Source: Octopus vulgaris (taxonomy: Eukaryota). Taken from it: a stretch of 64,000 nt of DNA. The DNA lies in contig OX597816.1 in the NCBI GenBank assembly GCA_951406725.2, positions 168,888,001-168,952,000 on the forward strand, written 5' to 3'. Shown here piece by piece: positions 25,928 to 38,549 of the stretch; position 1 is the stretch's first letter; the number at the start of each line of letters is the position of its first letter. Under the pieces are notes generated by a model that was given only the letters and a program-made list of their open reading frames with translations, was not told the DNA's origin and ran no database searches. A program made the position numbers and the translations under genes.

Positions 25928-27344
25928 GTCAGTGCTCCCTACTTTGTTTATCGTTTATACTTTTCTCGTCAACATTATGATTATTTTTTTCTTGTTTTTG
26001 TGATTTTTAATGACAATGAAAAAAAAAACTCTTACTGATACTGCATAAATGTAAACACGCAAATACAAATTTCTGTATTGTTCATATAGAAATTTTACGG
26101 AGTCTACCAAATCTAGAACTTTCTCCCGTGTCCCTTTTTTTTGTTTTGGGGGTATATTTCTCGTATTATTTTTCTGTTTTTAATCGCAGTAGTATTTTCG
26201 AGGTTATATTTTCAGTAAAAAAAAAACCAAACAAAAAAAACGACCGCTAATTAACTTAATAAACGTTTGATTAAATGGTAATATTAATGGTAAAGTTGTG
26301 TTCTAAGTTATGTACTATAGGTGCTGGTGGGGGCAAACAGACACAAATAATTATATTTGACAGGCATCTATGCAGTTTTCTTCCACCAAATTCACATTGT
26401 GTTTGTCTGCTCGGGACTGTAATGGAAGACACAGGTGTAACGCGGAAGGACTGAACCTGAAATCAAGTGGTCTGCAAAGCAAGTTTTTTAATCACACCAC
26501 CATGCGTGCACCTGTTACTGCATAACTTGCTGAAATTTTGCACAGATATGTTTTCTAGAGTGTATAATACGATGTTGTTGACAATATAGCCCACCCTTAG
26601 TCTTTTCTTTCACAACTCTTTTTAAAATGGTATTTTGCGGAAATGTTTTTTCGAGATCGTAGATTACTTAATGCCGATATTTCAAGCATATTAATCAGAA
26701 ATTGGTGATAATTAAAGTCGAGGTGTAATTTACATCCTCGAAAAAATTTTCGAGGCGTAGTTTACATCCTTGAAAAAATATCTACAAAATGTTATGAATT
26801 CGAAGCGAGTTATGAGAAAATAAAGACGCAAATGGGCAGAATGATGCAAGACTATTTCCTAATATTTTTTTATAGTATTATCAAATTAATCGTAATCGTC
26901 ACCCTCGTAAATTTCTTAAAAAATATGCATTTCAGAAAGTTACGGAGGAAAAAAAATTCTGTTGGGTCGGAATACGCCAATGTGATTGATGGCCATGCTC
27001 TTACGGACAGCAGGAATTTTCTTCTGCCTTAGAAAATGCTCAGACTTTTACCCAAATTGACTTAGTAATAGCAGATTGATAAGACCAGACTAGTGTCGAG
27101 CTGGAAGCTGTTAGCAAAACAGATGTTGCAACACCCTTCCTTCAGTTTCAATGTCTTTGTATACCTTTTGGTCTCGAACATTCCAGTATTTCTTAGACAC
27201 TATCCTATGGGATCTACCCTATGAGTTTACTTATATTGACATTTTATGAGTGGCAAGTTCCATGGAAGACAAACATGAACAACACCTCAAAATTTTGTTT
27301 GAATGTTCATGAGACTATGGGATTGTTACTAACTCTCATATGTA

Positions 27345-27650
27345 TCATCATCATCGTTTAACGTCCGCTTTCCATGCTAGCATGGGTTGGACGGTTCAAC
27401 TGGGGTCTGGGAAGCCAGAAGGCTGCACCAGGCCAGTCAGATCTGGCAGTGTTTCTACGGCTGGATGCCCTTCCTAACGCCAACCACTCCGTGAGTGTAG
27501 TGGGTGCTTTTTACGTGCCACCGGCACAGGTGCCAGACGGCCACGATCGAATGGTGCTTTTTAAGGTGCCACCAGCACAGGGGCCAGGCGAGGCTGGCAA
27601 CGGCCACGATCGGATGGTGCTTTTTACGTGCCACCGGCACGGAGGCCAGT
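27345..27650 (-). mobile_element. RTE family R 3'-UTR copy
   Basis: (CAT)n tail plus internal gtgccaccggcac units. Confidence 0.85.
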
Positions 27651-28205
27651 TCCTAATTTCATCACTTCCCTCCTTGGGATATACTATTGACAAGGAAGGA
27701 ATTTATCTACTCTGTGGAACAAAATCAATCCTTGAATTTCCTACTGCATATTCACTACACATTTGTGTTGGTATTTTATTCCCCATTATGTCAAGGTAAT
27801 TCAATTCTTCATGCATTTTCTCATAAAAAAAAAAGGAACCTCAAAGTAAACAACCTGCAACAGTTATGATGAGGATATATCTAAAATCTGGGAGGCATTT
27901 TCAATAGCCTAAAATATGTATACATTTTCAAGATTTTAACATACACATATGCACACAAAAAAAAATTAAAAGATTCTATCTTTTATCTTCACTTATGCAC
28001 TCAAGCATGTTTTTAATAACACTTTTGACACTTGGCAATGGCTAACTGCCATGTGGAAAAGTATTGTAGCAGCTGTTTTCAGGGTTGTTGCAATCATATG
28101 ACATTTTAACTTTATGAATAATCAGATTTGGACATGATGGGGAGTAAATCACATCATCTGTGTTGTTTGAGAGGAAGATTTTTTTGTTTTTACTATAGGG
28201 ATAAT

Positions 28206-28637
28206 AAATCTCTGAACGAGGTATAAACAGTAACTGCACGACAATCTGAGGTATATTTGCCATCTCAATATGTCTAACCACTAAGGGTGGGTGTTACTGT
28301 AGCTTGTAGCCCCAGGAGAACATCTCCAGCTGGCTTTAGGCACACTTTCTGTGCACTTAAGGTATTTCAAAGGGAGGTCATCCTTCCCTCGTCAACCTAA
28401 GTGATACGCCCGGACTGCATCGAAAACCGGTGATTGTCGTACGCTGATGACAGGTCAATACCTAGAAACTGCAGTCCGTGCGTATCACTTAGGTTGACGA
28501 GGGAGGGATGACCTCCCTTTGCAAATACCTTTGCAAATGCCTAAAGCCAGCTGGAGACGATGTTCTCCTAGGGCTACAAGCTACAGTAACACCCACCCTT
28601 AGTGGTTAGCCATATTGAGATGGCAAATATACCTCAC
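28206..28637. mobile_element. Penelope-type asymmetric hairpin insertion (about 170-bp inverted arms, about 41-nt extension, 14-bp TSD)
   Basis: TSD actatagggataat at 28192-28205 and 28638-28651; arms tgaggtatatttgccatctcaatatg... / ...catattgagatggcaaatatacctca. Confidence 0.85.
28438..28482 (+). ncRNA. Minimal type I hammerhead ribozyme motif
   Basis: Stem I cgtacg/cgtgcg; core CTGATGA (28444-28450); stem II agg-tcaata-cct with a C.A base mismatch; GAAA (28465-28468); stem III ac-tgca-gt (palindromic); GTC cleavage site after 28476. Confidence 0.75.
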
Positions 28638-29538
28638 ACTATAGGGATAATTCTATGAAAAATACGTCTCTTGGCCCTCTATTCTATAGTTTGACATCTG
28701 ATTAATGTGTCTCAGTTTTCCTCATTCTCTGAAATAAAGCTTTAATATATGCTAGGAAACTCACACTCCCTCTTGTCCAGATATCAATATTATTTTAATA
28801 ACATGAAAACACTCATATTTTTAACGACAAATATTGGTCTTGAAATTCTACTATCAACTACTTATGATATCACCATGGGCTCTTTGGACTGGGCCCTAGT
28901 CACCAACCTGGTGGGCCCATTCCTCCTATTTCAGATTAACGAACACTTCTCTGGGCTTAATGGGTCTCTATATAGATGTGATACTCTCTTCATATCTGCT
29001 GGGAGCTTGAAGTTAGGCATTGAGCATACATGCATGCTCTCTTGTCACAACAAGGCCAGATCCAAGAGGGGGATTAGTACAAACAACTAAACAAATTGCT
29101 AGATTATATGTTTCTTTTGTGACAGCTGATTAATGATGATAACAATAACTAATTTTGAGACTTTTGAAAGTAAAGTTGTTGAAAAAATTATGTAATTCAT
29201 AAAATTCATCGTCATTCCCTCTCTCTTTCGGAGAAGCACAAGCACCTACACGCACATATACACACATGGCAGTAACTTCCGCCTGCCGAATTCAATCACA
29301 AAGCTCCGGTCGGCTTGGGGCTATAGCGGAAGACACCTACCCAAAGTGCCACGCAGTGGGACTGAACCCGAAACCATGTAGTTAGGAAGCAAGCTCTCTA
29401 ACCACACAGCCATGCCCGCGCCCAGAAATTTATTTCTTATACTATTTGGTTAACTGGAATTTTGTTTTGGACTTTAGTTTCTGTAAATTGTGAAGCAACC
29501 ATCTCTATAATCCATTGTCATTATCACTGTTTTTTCAG

Positions 29539-29743
29539 GAGATTAGTGAAGCTACTGCTTTGAAAGAGAAAGGTAACACTTTATTTAAGAATGGCCAGTA
29601 TGAAGAAGCTGTCAGTGCCTACACAGAAGCTTTGAATATCAGCGATGTTCCTACTGAAGAGAAAATAGCCTGCCTTAAAAACCGAAGTGCTTGTTATCTT
29701 AAAACAAAACAGTATCTGTTTGCTGTTTCAGATGCTACTGAAG
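29539..29743 (+). CDS. unc-45: UNC-45 exon 2 (TPR1-2: EISEATALKEKGNTLFKNGQYEEAVSAYTEAL...NRSACYLK)
   Basis: tttttcag acceptor, G|GTTAGT donor; Hsp90-binding TPR clamp motif K..GN..F, NR.AC. Confidence 0.95.
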
Positions 29744-29754
29744 GTTAGTAAATA

Positions 29755-30143
29755 TACTCTTTACTCTTTTACTTGTTTCAGTCATTTGACTGCGGCCATG
29801 CTGGAGCACCGCTTTTAGTCGAGCAAATCGACCCCGGGACTTATTCTTTGTAAGCCCAGTACTTATTCTATCGGTCTCTTTTGCCGAACCGCTAAGTGAC
29901 GGGGACGTAAACACACCAGCATCGGTTGTCAAGCAATGCTAGGGGGACAAACACAAATACACAAACACACACACACACACGACAGGCTTCTTTCAGTTTC
30001 CGTCTACCAAATCCACTCACAAGGCATTGGTCGGCCCGGGGCTATAGCAGAAGACACTTGCCTAAGATGCCATGCAGTGGGACTGAACCCGGAACCATGT
30101 GGTTGGTTAGCAAGCTACTTACCACACAGCCACTCCTGCGCCT
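29755..30143 (-). mobile_element. SINE family A, about 11 nt downstream of the exon 2 donor
   Basis: Reverse complement of family A. Confidence 0.9.
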
Positions 30144-30360
30144 ATGTCTAGTATTTACTAATAATAGGTTTACTTGTTGAATGTTTAGTTTTTCTTGTTT
30201 GATTTTATGATTAATATTTCCTCATTGAGAAGCATGAATAACTCCAAAAATATTTGTTTGTGTATCATTTAAAAATCATCCATATTAGATGTTAACAATT
30301 CTCTACATTATAAACCGGATGATAATAAATGAATTTAGATTTTGATATAACTCCAGTTTA

Positions 30361-30487
30361 CATTATTTACATTCGATGGATATTTGTCCTCATCTTGTTT
30401 GTTGTTAACAAACAAAACAAGATGAGGACAAATATCTGTCGAATGTAAATAATGTACATAATTCCTCATCTCTTAAATATAGAACTG
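30361..30487. mobile_element. Minimal Penelope-type hairpin (same pLTR end as 18215-18619), 13-bp TSD
   Basis: TSD taactccagttta at 30348-30360 and 30488-30500; arms cattatttacattcga...catcttgttt / aaacaagatg...tcgaatgtaaataatg; extension cataattcctcatctcttaaatatagaactg. Confidence 0.82.
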
Positions 30488-31039
30488 TAACTCCAGTTTA
30501 GTTTATTCCGTTTAGTACTTGAGCAAAAATTTGGGAGTGACTCATAGATTCTTTACACTGGTCATGTAATGCTTTTATTTTATCTAGTTTAGTGAATCAG
30601 ATAGGTGCTACTCTTGTTTGTTTTTGACAAAATGAGGAAAATGTTAATTCGTGTTAGATATCAAGCATGAAATCATGTTCTACTTGAGAAAGTTAAAACA
30701 AAAAAAAAAAAAGCAGTCTCTTTAACTACTTTGTTAGTTGACACTAGGTAAATCTTTGTAACAGCTTTATGTAGTAACTTTTGTGAGCGTATTAGCCATT
30801 TGTATGATTACTGACCATGTGTCAGTAACTTTGAAAATTTTTTTTGTTTGTAATTCATAGATGGCAGTACCCCAGCATGGCCACAGCTCGTGAGCTGAAA
30901 CTAGATAAAAAAAAAAAATAGACCTTATCATTCATAAGCTTTTCTATTTTTATATAAATTTCAGCTTCCTGATAAATATAAATAGGTTGTAGTGAGAGTT
31001 TGATTCAAGACCTCACATGTTCAGTTTTCAGTTAAAACC

Positions 31040-31275
31040 ACATTCAGGTCAGGTGATGTTCTTTGATTACCAATCAATCAGTTTGAAGAAACATCATGCC
31101 CTATCAAGCTGCCAGACGAGATGGTGAAGATGCCGACGACCGCTTTGTTCAAAGCCTCCCTTTACTTCAAGTGGCCTGAACTCTTTACATGAACACCACC
31201 CTGTACTTAACTCCATGTCCCCCTACATGGCCTTGCTATTTGCTTTTGAGCCAAATTAACTAACTAACTAACTAA
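31040..31275 (+). mobile_element. Old CR1-type LINE 3' end
   Basis: KLPDEMVKMPTTALFKASL..KWPELF, (TAAC)n tail; homologous to 54808-55190. Confidence 0.7.
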
Positions 31276-31626
31276 CATGTTCTATGATCTTTTCCTGTGC
31301 AAAAGAGGTTATAAAAGCAAAATTGCACCAAGATCAACTGCAGAGGTTGAGAGTTACTGGAGAACATACATCCTCACCAGTTACCAAAAGCCAATATCAG
31401 AGCAAGCTACAGCAGAAGCTGTCAAGTTTTCCTTTGAATTTTAATCTGGGTATAAAGGACTTCCTAAACAATGACAGACCAACCTTTTCCTGCCTCTCAA
31501 GCAACACTGATCTTTTCTGTTCATGATTTAAGTACATCTAAGTCCTTTTTCTAATAACCTACATAACACTATTGGCAACTATTAGAAAATCATTCATATG
31601 CAATGTAAATATTCTAATTTCCTAAA

Positions 31627-32018
31627 TCTCTCTATATATAAAGCTGAAGTTGTCTGTGTATGGCAGGTTTGGTAACCTTCAACTAACACTATCTCCTCTG
31701 AGACCCTGTGGCGCAAGTTGACCAAAATTGAGAGTATGATAGAAGAAGGCTTGCTCTTCCTTCCGTAGAAGAAAAAATTCAAAGCGGACCATGTTATCGC
31801 CAAAAATTATTTACATCAAAAAGGTGCTTTTTTTCTATGAAAATCCATATTTTTTACAATTTTATGACTGCTGTGTCATCATTTTTCGGTGTATTTCAAC
31901 CAGAAAAATATTCACTTAAAGAGAATAACAAGCTACATAATGCAAAATTTTTACTTTTCAAAAATTGCAGTTCTAAAGGGTCGAAACAAACCCGACCAAC
32001 GCCGAGTGATACTGCTAG
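31627..32018 (+). mobile_element. Non-autonomous Helitron-like element
   Basis: A|TC ... gatactgCTAG|T. Confidence 0.78.
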
Positions 32019-32194
32019 TAACAAATTAACTTCAAATATTTACTCATTGAGGTTTGTTATTGGAACAACATGTGACTGCTTCACCCCAACTCAACAACCC
32101 ATACACCAACAACACCTAGAGTGTGATTATTTTGACTATATAATTGATATTTTAGGTATTCGGCTATGTTATATTTTAGTTATTTTAACACTGT

Positions 32195-32560
32195 GCCTGT
32201 GGCACGTAAGCTAACCATCCGAACGTGGCCGTTGCCAGCGCTACCCCCGACGGGCCTCCGTGCTGGTGGCACATAAAAAGCACCATCTGATCGTGGCCGT
32301 TGCCAACCTCGCCTGGCCTCCGTGCCGGTGGCATGTAAAAGGCACCATCCGATCGTGGCCGTTTGCCAGCCTCATCTGGCACCTGTGCTGGTGGCACGTA
32401 AAAAGCACCCACTACACTCACAGAGTGGTTGGCGTTAGGAAGGACATCCAGCCGTAGAAGCACTGCCAGATCAGACTGGAGCCTGGTGCAGCCTTCTGGC
32501 TTCCCAGACCCCAGTTGAACCGTCCAGCTCATGCTAGCATGGAAAGCGGATGCTAAACAA
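32195..32560 (+). mobile_element. RTE family R 3'-UTR copy with about 3 internal tandem units
   Basis: Repeated gtggcacgtaaaaagcaccatccgatcgtggccgttgccagcc units. Confidence 0.85.
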
Positions 32561-32663
32561 TGTCTTTCTTGATGATAGACATCCTCTTGTCTAAATCATT
32601 CCTTACACTACACAAATGTTTGTTTGGTTTTATATTAATATTTTTCATTTTGTTTTCTTGTAG

Positions 32664-32839
32664 CTCTCAAAGAAAATCCTCATGATACAAAAGCTTTGTA
32701 TCGGCGTTGCCAAGGATACCAAGAGTTGGGACAAATTGAAGATGCTTACAAAGATGCTACACAATTAATTAAAATAGATCCAAAAAATCAGGCTGTCCAG
32801 ATAATTATGCAAAAACTTGTGTCTCCAATGCAGGAAAAA
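32664..32839 (+). CDS. unc-45: UNC-45 exon 3 (TPR3: ALKENPHDTKALYRRCQGYQELG...DPKNQAV)
   Basis: ttcttgtag acceptor, AAA|GTTAGT donor; KALYRRCQ motif; phase 1 to 0. Confidence 0.95.
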
Positions 32840-33039
32840 GTTAGTTTTGTTTTTATTAATTTTTATCAAGCTAATGAGGTGTTTTTGATGTGCTCCTGTT
32901 TCTATGCCTACATGGAATAGATATTTACATCACCAGTTACTTTTTATGTCATATTTTTCTTGATAATTTCTTTTGACATAAGTGTTTCTGCTTGGGTAAT
33001 CTTTTAGAAGTGAAAGGGTATAATATATATAAAATAATG

Positions 33040-33270
33040 TTCCTTCTCGAGCTATGCCGTTTTCCCGGTTTCAGTGGCGTTGAAATTCCCCACCTGGATG
33101 GGACGCCGGTCTGTCGCAGGATTACTCATTTTTGCCAGCTGAGTGAACTGGAGTAACGTGAAATGAAGTGTTTTGCTCAAGAACACGACGCATCGCCCAG
33201 TCCAGGAATCGAAACCACAACCTTATGATCATGAGTCCAACACCCTAACAACTAAGCCACGCACCTCCAC
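33040..33270 (-). mobile_element. SINE family C (tRNA-derived)
   Basis: Minus strand tggcttagttgttagg (A-box-like), gtttcgattcc (B-box-like), gtgttcttgagcaaaacactt core. Confidence 0.75.
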
Positions 33271-33293
33271 CGAGATGAAAGGGTAGCTATGTA

Positions 33294-33514
33294 TACTCTT
33301 TACTCTCTCTTTTACTTGTTTCAGACATTTGACTGCAGCCATGCTGGAGCACCACCTTTAGTTGAGCAAATCGACCCCGGGACTTATTCTTTGTAAGCCC
33401 AGTACTTATTCTATCGGTCTCTTTTGCCGAACCGCTAAGTGACGGGGACGTAAACACACCAGCATCGGTTGTCAAGCAATGCTAGGGGGACAAACACAGA
33501 CACACAAACATATC

Positions 33515-33572
<58 letters not shown>

Positions 33573-33756
33573 CATACATACATACATATATACGACAGGC
33601 TTCTTTCAGTTTCCGTCTACCAAATCCACTCACAAGGCATTGGTCGGCCCGGGGCTATAGCAGAAGCCACTTGCCCAAGATGCCACGCAGTGGGACTGAA
33701 CCCGGAACCATGTAGTTGGTTAGCAAGCTACTTACCATACAGCCACTCCTGCGCCT
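33294..33756 (-). mobile_element. SINE family A
   Basis: Full-length copy. Confidence 0.9.
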
Positions 33757-34075
33757 ATTATGATGTATAATAGAAAACATCTTGTCCACAGTAAAAGTTG
33801 TCACTTATTCAGAAGATTATAGAAACCAACCAGATTTAAGTGCTGTGGATTTCTGTTTCATGCAGTGATTTATTTTTAACTTTTGATTAATCTTTTGCAA
33901 ATTTCACACAATTGTTTGTCTGTCATAGGATAATAATGTGTTTTTTTTTAAAAAAAACCAAACATTCTCCAAATATGAATTTGTTTTACAAGATACCTGA
34001 TGTGAAATCATGTGTAGAAACAGATATTGTTATATTTGGAGATGGTCATATTTTTGTCAATAAAACTTACTATAT

Positions 34076-34239
34076 AGGCGTAGGAGTAGCTGTGTGGTAA
34101 GTAGCTTGCTTATGAACCACATAGCTCCAGGTTCAGTCCCACTGTGTGGTACCTTGCGCAAGTGTCTTCTACTATAGCCTCGGGCCGACCAAAGCCTTGT
34201 GAGTGGATTTGGTAGACAGAAACTGAAAAGAAGCCCGTC

Positions 34240-34303
<64 letters not shown>

Positions 34304-34517
34304 GTGTGTGTATATGTTTGTGTGTCTGTGTTTGTCCCCCAACATCGCTTGACAACCGATGCTGGTGTGTTTATGCCACCGTAACTTAGCAGTTCGGCAA
34401 AAGAGACCGATAGAATAAGTACCAGGCTTCCAAAGAATAAGTCCTGGGGTCGATTTGCTCGACTAAAGGCGGTGCTCCAGCATGGCCATAGTCACATGAC
34501 TGAAACAAGTAAAAGAG
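34076..34517 (+). mobile_element. SINE family A
   Basis: Full-length copy, inverted relative to 33294-33756. Confidence 0.9.
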
Positions 34518-35099
34518 TATATACTTGGTCTTCACTTCAGCTTTATTATTATTATTTAGTGTCCTTTGTCTAAGCTCTTTGGTCACACATCCTGTGACCT
34601 CTTCAATGATTCTTTATCCCATGTGTCTCATCTTGTTCTCTTTAGTCCAATAATAATAAAAACTGAAATGAAGACCAAGTATGTAGTGTGTTTTATTGGC
34701 AAAAATAAGACCATCCCCAAATATAACAATATTCTCCAAATATTTTTCTGCTTAGGAGGTGACTGAAACTGTTAAGCAGAGATTGATTCTCTGAATTCTA
34801 GCATTACAACTCATGTGGCTAACTCATCTCTTCCTTCTTCCAAGGTTGATAAACTAAGTTTTACACTGGTCTTTAGTTATGTAGTGTAGGTATTAGGGTT
34901 GTTAAATAACTACTGATGAATATCAACATATGATGGACTGTGTATTACATTCATAATAACCACACTAATAGTTTCATGTAATATCATAGGTCACTCTTTC
35001 TGGGAATTCAGAATCTCAGATTTTTTTAATGCTCCATGGAATTTCTAGAAAGTTTGACCTGACTATTTGGTAGGAAGATTCCAGCTCACTTGCTCACAA

Positions 35100-35545
35100 A
35101 CATGCTGATTTGACTCTCTTCTTGTCTTGAGACAGCATTTACCCGGGGTGGGTTGAGCTGGCTTCATTCATCCTCAATGCTGCATCTCTCACAAACGCCG
35201 TGCAGGCCTGGCGATTTGAGGCTAAACGACCGCGTGATATCCAACCACTCCCTATTCCAGCGGCGAATGCTGTAGACATGGGGGCCTAGGTTGGGTTCCA
35301 GATCAGCCTTGACTGTCATCAGCCAGGTTTTTCGTTGTCCACCATATCGCTTTCGCCAACCCTGAAGGGGAGCTGGGGCAATTGCTTCGTAGATGAATTC
35401 TCCTGGTTGATGACGGAGGGCATGACCCAGCCAACGCAGACGTCTTGTTAGTATGACTTGTCGGAGAGAGGTGATTCTGCAGTGGTGTTGCACCGAATTG
35501 TTGGACACAAAGTGATTCCATCGGACATGAAGGACATGATTTGAC
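35100..35545 (-). mobile_element. RTE-type LINE 3' fragment
   Basis: RRLRWLGHALRH...GGQRKTWLMTVKADL motifs. Confidence 0.8.
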
Positions 35546-35776
35546 TGGCTGAGCTGTGTTTGCATTGGTGCTAATGCCTTTTATGGCAACATTTAGTTTT
35601 TCATAATGGGTCTTGCTTTTATGAGTGTGGTAGGCTCTGTCCTGCACACAAGGGTACAAAACTCAGGAACAGTCACACTGCAAGTTCAGTCAGCTTCGTC
35701 CATTCCATGAAATAATTTGGTCGTGCTGGTCAAAATGCTTAAAAATTCACTCTGTCAAAACTATTGTAATTTTCAG

Positions 35777-35872
35777 GTTAAAGAACGTACAAGTATGGAT
35801 GGTAAAGTTGCTCAGATGTTCAGTTTGGCATTCCAGGATAATCCAGATGTGACAAGAGAAACAAAACTAACG
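35777..35872 (+). CDS. unc-45: UNC-45 exon 4 (VKERTSMDGKVAQMFSLAFQDNPDVTRETKLT)
   Basis: attttcag / GTAAGT; 96 nt, phase 0-0; KV.QMF motif. Confidence 0.93.
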
Positions 35873-36261
35873 GTAAGTTTGACAATGTGAAATAATTGTT
35901 ACAACTGGTAATTGGTTTTATGTAGCTAATTGATGCTGGAAATATATTTTGTTATATCATTTAAATGAAATTGTTTGAGCTTGGTTAATAGATAAATGAA
36001 AACTAATTACGTTACTAACGAGCTCCTGTAAGTACTGAGGAGAAAGCTATGTTAAGCTTTTACAGTTCAACATAGTTACTTCGATAATCTTGTGTTTAAA
36101 TTATTATTTAGATTTTTTGAGTAACTGTTAAATTTTTACAATTTAGCTAAATTATTCAGACTTGTGTATTTTCATTGACATCTTTGCCAAAGTGTAGTAT
36201 GAGAAAATGATCAAAATACAAGAAACTTGAAATGGAAATAAGATGTGGAGAATGTAAATAC

Positions 36262-36492
36262 TTATTTCTTTATCACCCACAAGGGGCTAAACATAGAGGG
36301 GACAAACAAGGACTGACATAGGTATTAAGTCGATTACATCGACCCCAGTGCGTAACTGGTTCTTAATTTATCGACACCGAAAGGATGAAAGGCAAAGTCG
36401 ACCTTGGCGGAATTTGAACTCAGAACGTAACGGCAGACGAAATACCGCAAAGCATTTCGCCCGGCGTGCTAACGCTTCTGCCAGCTCGCCGC
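36262..36492 (-). mobile_element. SINE family B with 14-bp TSD agaatgtaaatact
   Basis: TSD on both flanks. Confidence 0.9.
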
Positions 36493-37287
36493 AGAATGTA
36501 AATACTGGCATCTTGGTAGTGTTTCTGAAAATGTTTGATGTGTTGAGAAGCAGAATTATGCATCTGAGATGTGATCACCAGTGTATCAACTGTAGAGATG
36601 GTCGTGGTTTTGTGTGAGACTATGATGACGGTAGAATTGACCAGAAAGAGAAAGTTCTCAGAGACATATTGGCACTGACATCTTGTACAATGTTATGTAA
36701 TTCATGTCATAATATGTGAAAATATGTAACGATTCTACAGTCTATTTGCTTCCTTGGATGTCATGAGGATATATGCTTGTGTATGTGCATACACTTGTGT
36801 GTGTGTGTGTAAATATGTATGCCTTTGTTTATATGTACTTATTTGTGCATACGTATATATCTATATTTACTACATGTCTGTGTATCTTAACATGTAACTT
36901 TGAAGAAAGTATGTATGCTGATGTAAATTTAAGATAGTGTGTATTTATGTATGTTGGTAAGGGCGTGTGTGTGTATGAGCGTGAGTATATGTATTTGTGT
37001 GTCCGTGGGCATCTGTGTGCTTTATATGAATATCTGTGCATGTATCTCTTTACATATAATATGTATGGTATGTATATGAACTGGCAGAAATGTTAGCATG
37101 CTGGGCAGAATGCTTAGTGGTATTTCGTCTGCCGCTACGAACCGTCCAACCCATGCTAGCATGGAAAACGGACGTTAAACGATGATGATGATGATGGTTA
37201 TTTTATTAAACACTGCTACCATTATTAGTTGCATCACCTCTGTCATCATCATCTTTGCAGGGTTTAGATTCTTTGATTCTGTCATTA

Positions 37288-37658
37288 TCTCTCTCTATAT
37301 AAACGGCAGTTTGTCTGTGCGTGTTTCTGTGTGTCTGTTTGCTTGTACCCTCACCCTGACCACGGCTTTCAACCGATTCTGATGAAACTTGACACACACA
37401 TAGCCCAATGTCATAATTCAAAACTAACGCAGCGAAAATTTTGAAAAGTTCCCCCAGTTCTGAAAAAAATCGATAAATTCGACATGGGGTCGAGAATCAG
37501 AAACACGAACCACGAACTGTGTAGGGGACGCAACTCCACCTTTTTAACTATCAAAAAAAAATTTACCATTTTTTTGCTGTTTTTTGGCTATAACTCTCTA
37601 AAAATGCTTTATAGTTATTTCCCTTACAAACCAGAGCAACGCCGGGCGATACTGCTAG
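37288..37658 (+). mobile_element. Non-autonomous Helitron-like element
   Basis: A|TC...gcaacgccgggcgatactgCTAG|T; near-identical to 41211-41594. Confidence 0.85.
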
Positions 37659-37756
37659 TTAGTGCTAAAAGCAGTATGTTAGCTAATTACACATGACTAA
37701 TTAAAAGCAATTATTTCATTTCTGATTCATCAAATTTATTGATTATATTTTGTCAG

Positions 37757-37927
37757 GCAACCAACAACATTATAGTTCTTGCTCGTGAGGAATCCGGAGC
37801 TCAGAAAATAATCAGAGAAAATGGTATTTTTTTCCTTCACAAAATGGCACTAATGAAAGAGGATTCTGAACTTCAGCAGGCTTCTTACCGTGCATTGGCT
37901 AACCTTGCAGAAAATAGCCGAATTCGA
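37757..37927 (+). CDS. unc-45: UNC-45 exon 5 (ATNNIIVLAREESGAQKI...RIR)
   Basis: ttttgtcag / GTAAGT; the A.NN.IVLARE..GA..I motif is typical of UNC-45. Confidence 0.95.
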
Positions 37928-38157
37928 GTAAGTGACAATCATCAATGATTATTCTTTTATTGGTATTTTTTTTATACTTCATCAGTTGAAATGTTTTTTG
38001 GAAGTTAATACCTTAGAATAGTTTGTTTTACTTTTTTGCAGATTAATAGTAAAGTTTTGATGTATTTAAAATGCTAATTACTCATAGCTGTTATGAGGTG
38101 CTGTTTATTAATTAGTGTGGCTTGGACAGATGTTTAGATTTAAACATATTTTACCTG

Positions 38158-38549
38158 GGTGTAGGAGTGGCTATGTGGTAAGTAGCTTGCTTACTAACCA
38201 CATGGTTCCGGATTCAGTCCCACTACGTGGCACCTTGGGCAAGTGTCTTCTACTATAGCCTCGGGCCAACCAAAGCCTTGTGAGTGGAATTGGTAGACGG
38301 AAACTGAAAGAAGCCCGTCGTATGTGTGTATGTGTGTGTGTATATGTTTGTGTGTCTGTGTTTGTCCCCACAACATCGCTTGACAACTGATGCTGGTGTG
38401 TTTACGTCCCTGTAACTTAGCGGTTCGGCAAAAGTGACTGATAGAATAAGTACTAGGCTTACAAAGAATAAGTCCTGGGGTTGATTTGCTCGACTAAAGG
38501 CGGTGCTCCAGCATGGCCACAGTCACATGACTGAAACAAGTTAAAAGAG
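38158..38549 (+). mobile_element. SINE family A
   Basis: Family A copy. Confidence 0.9.
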
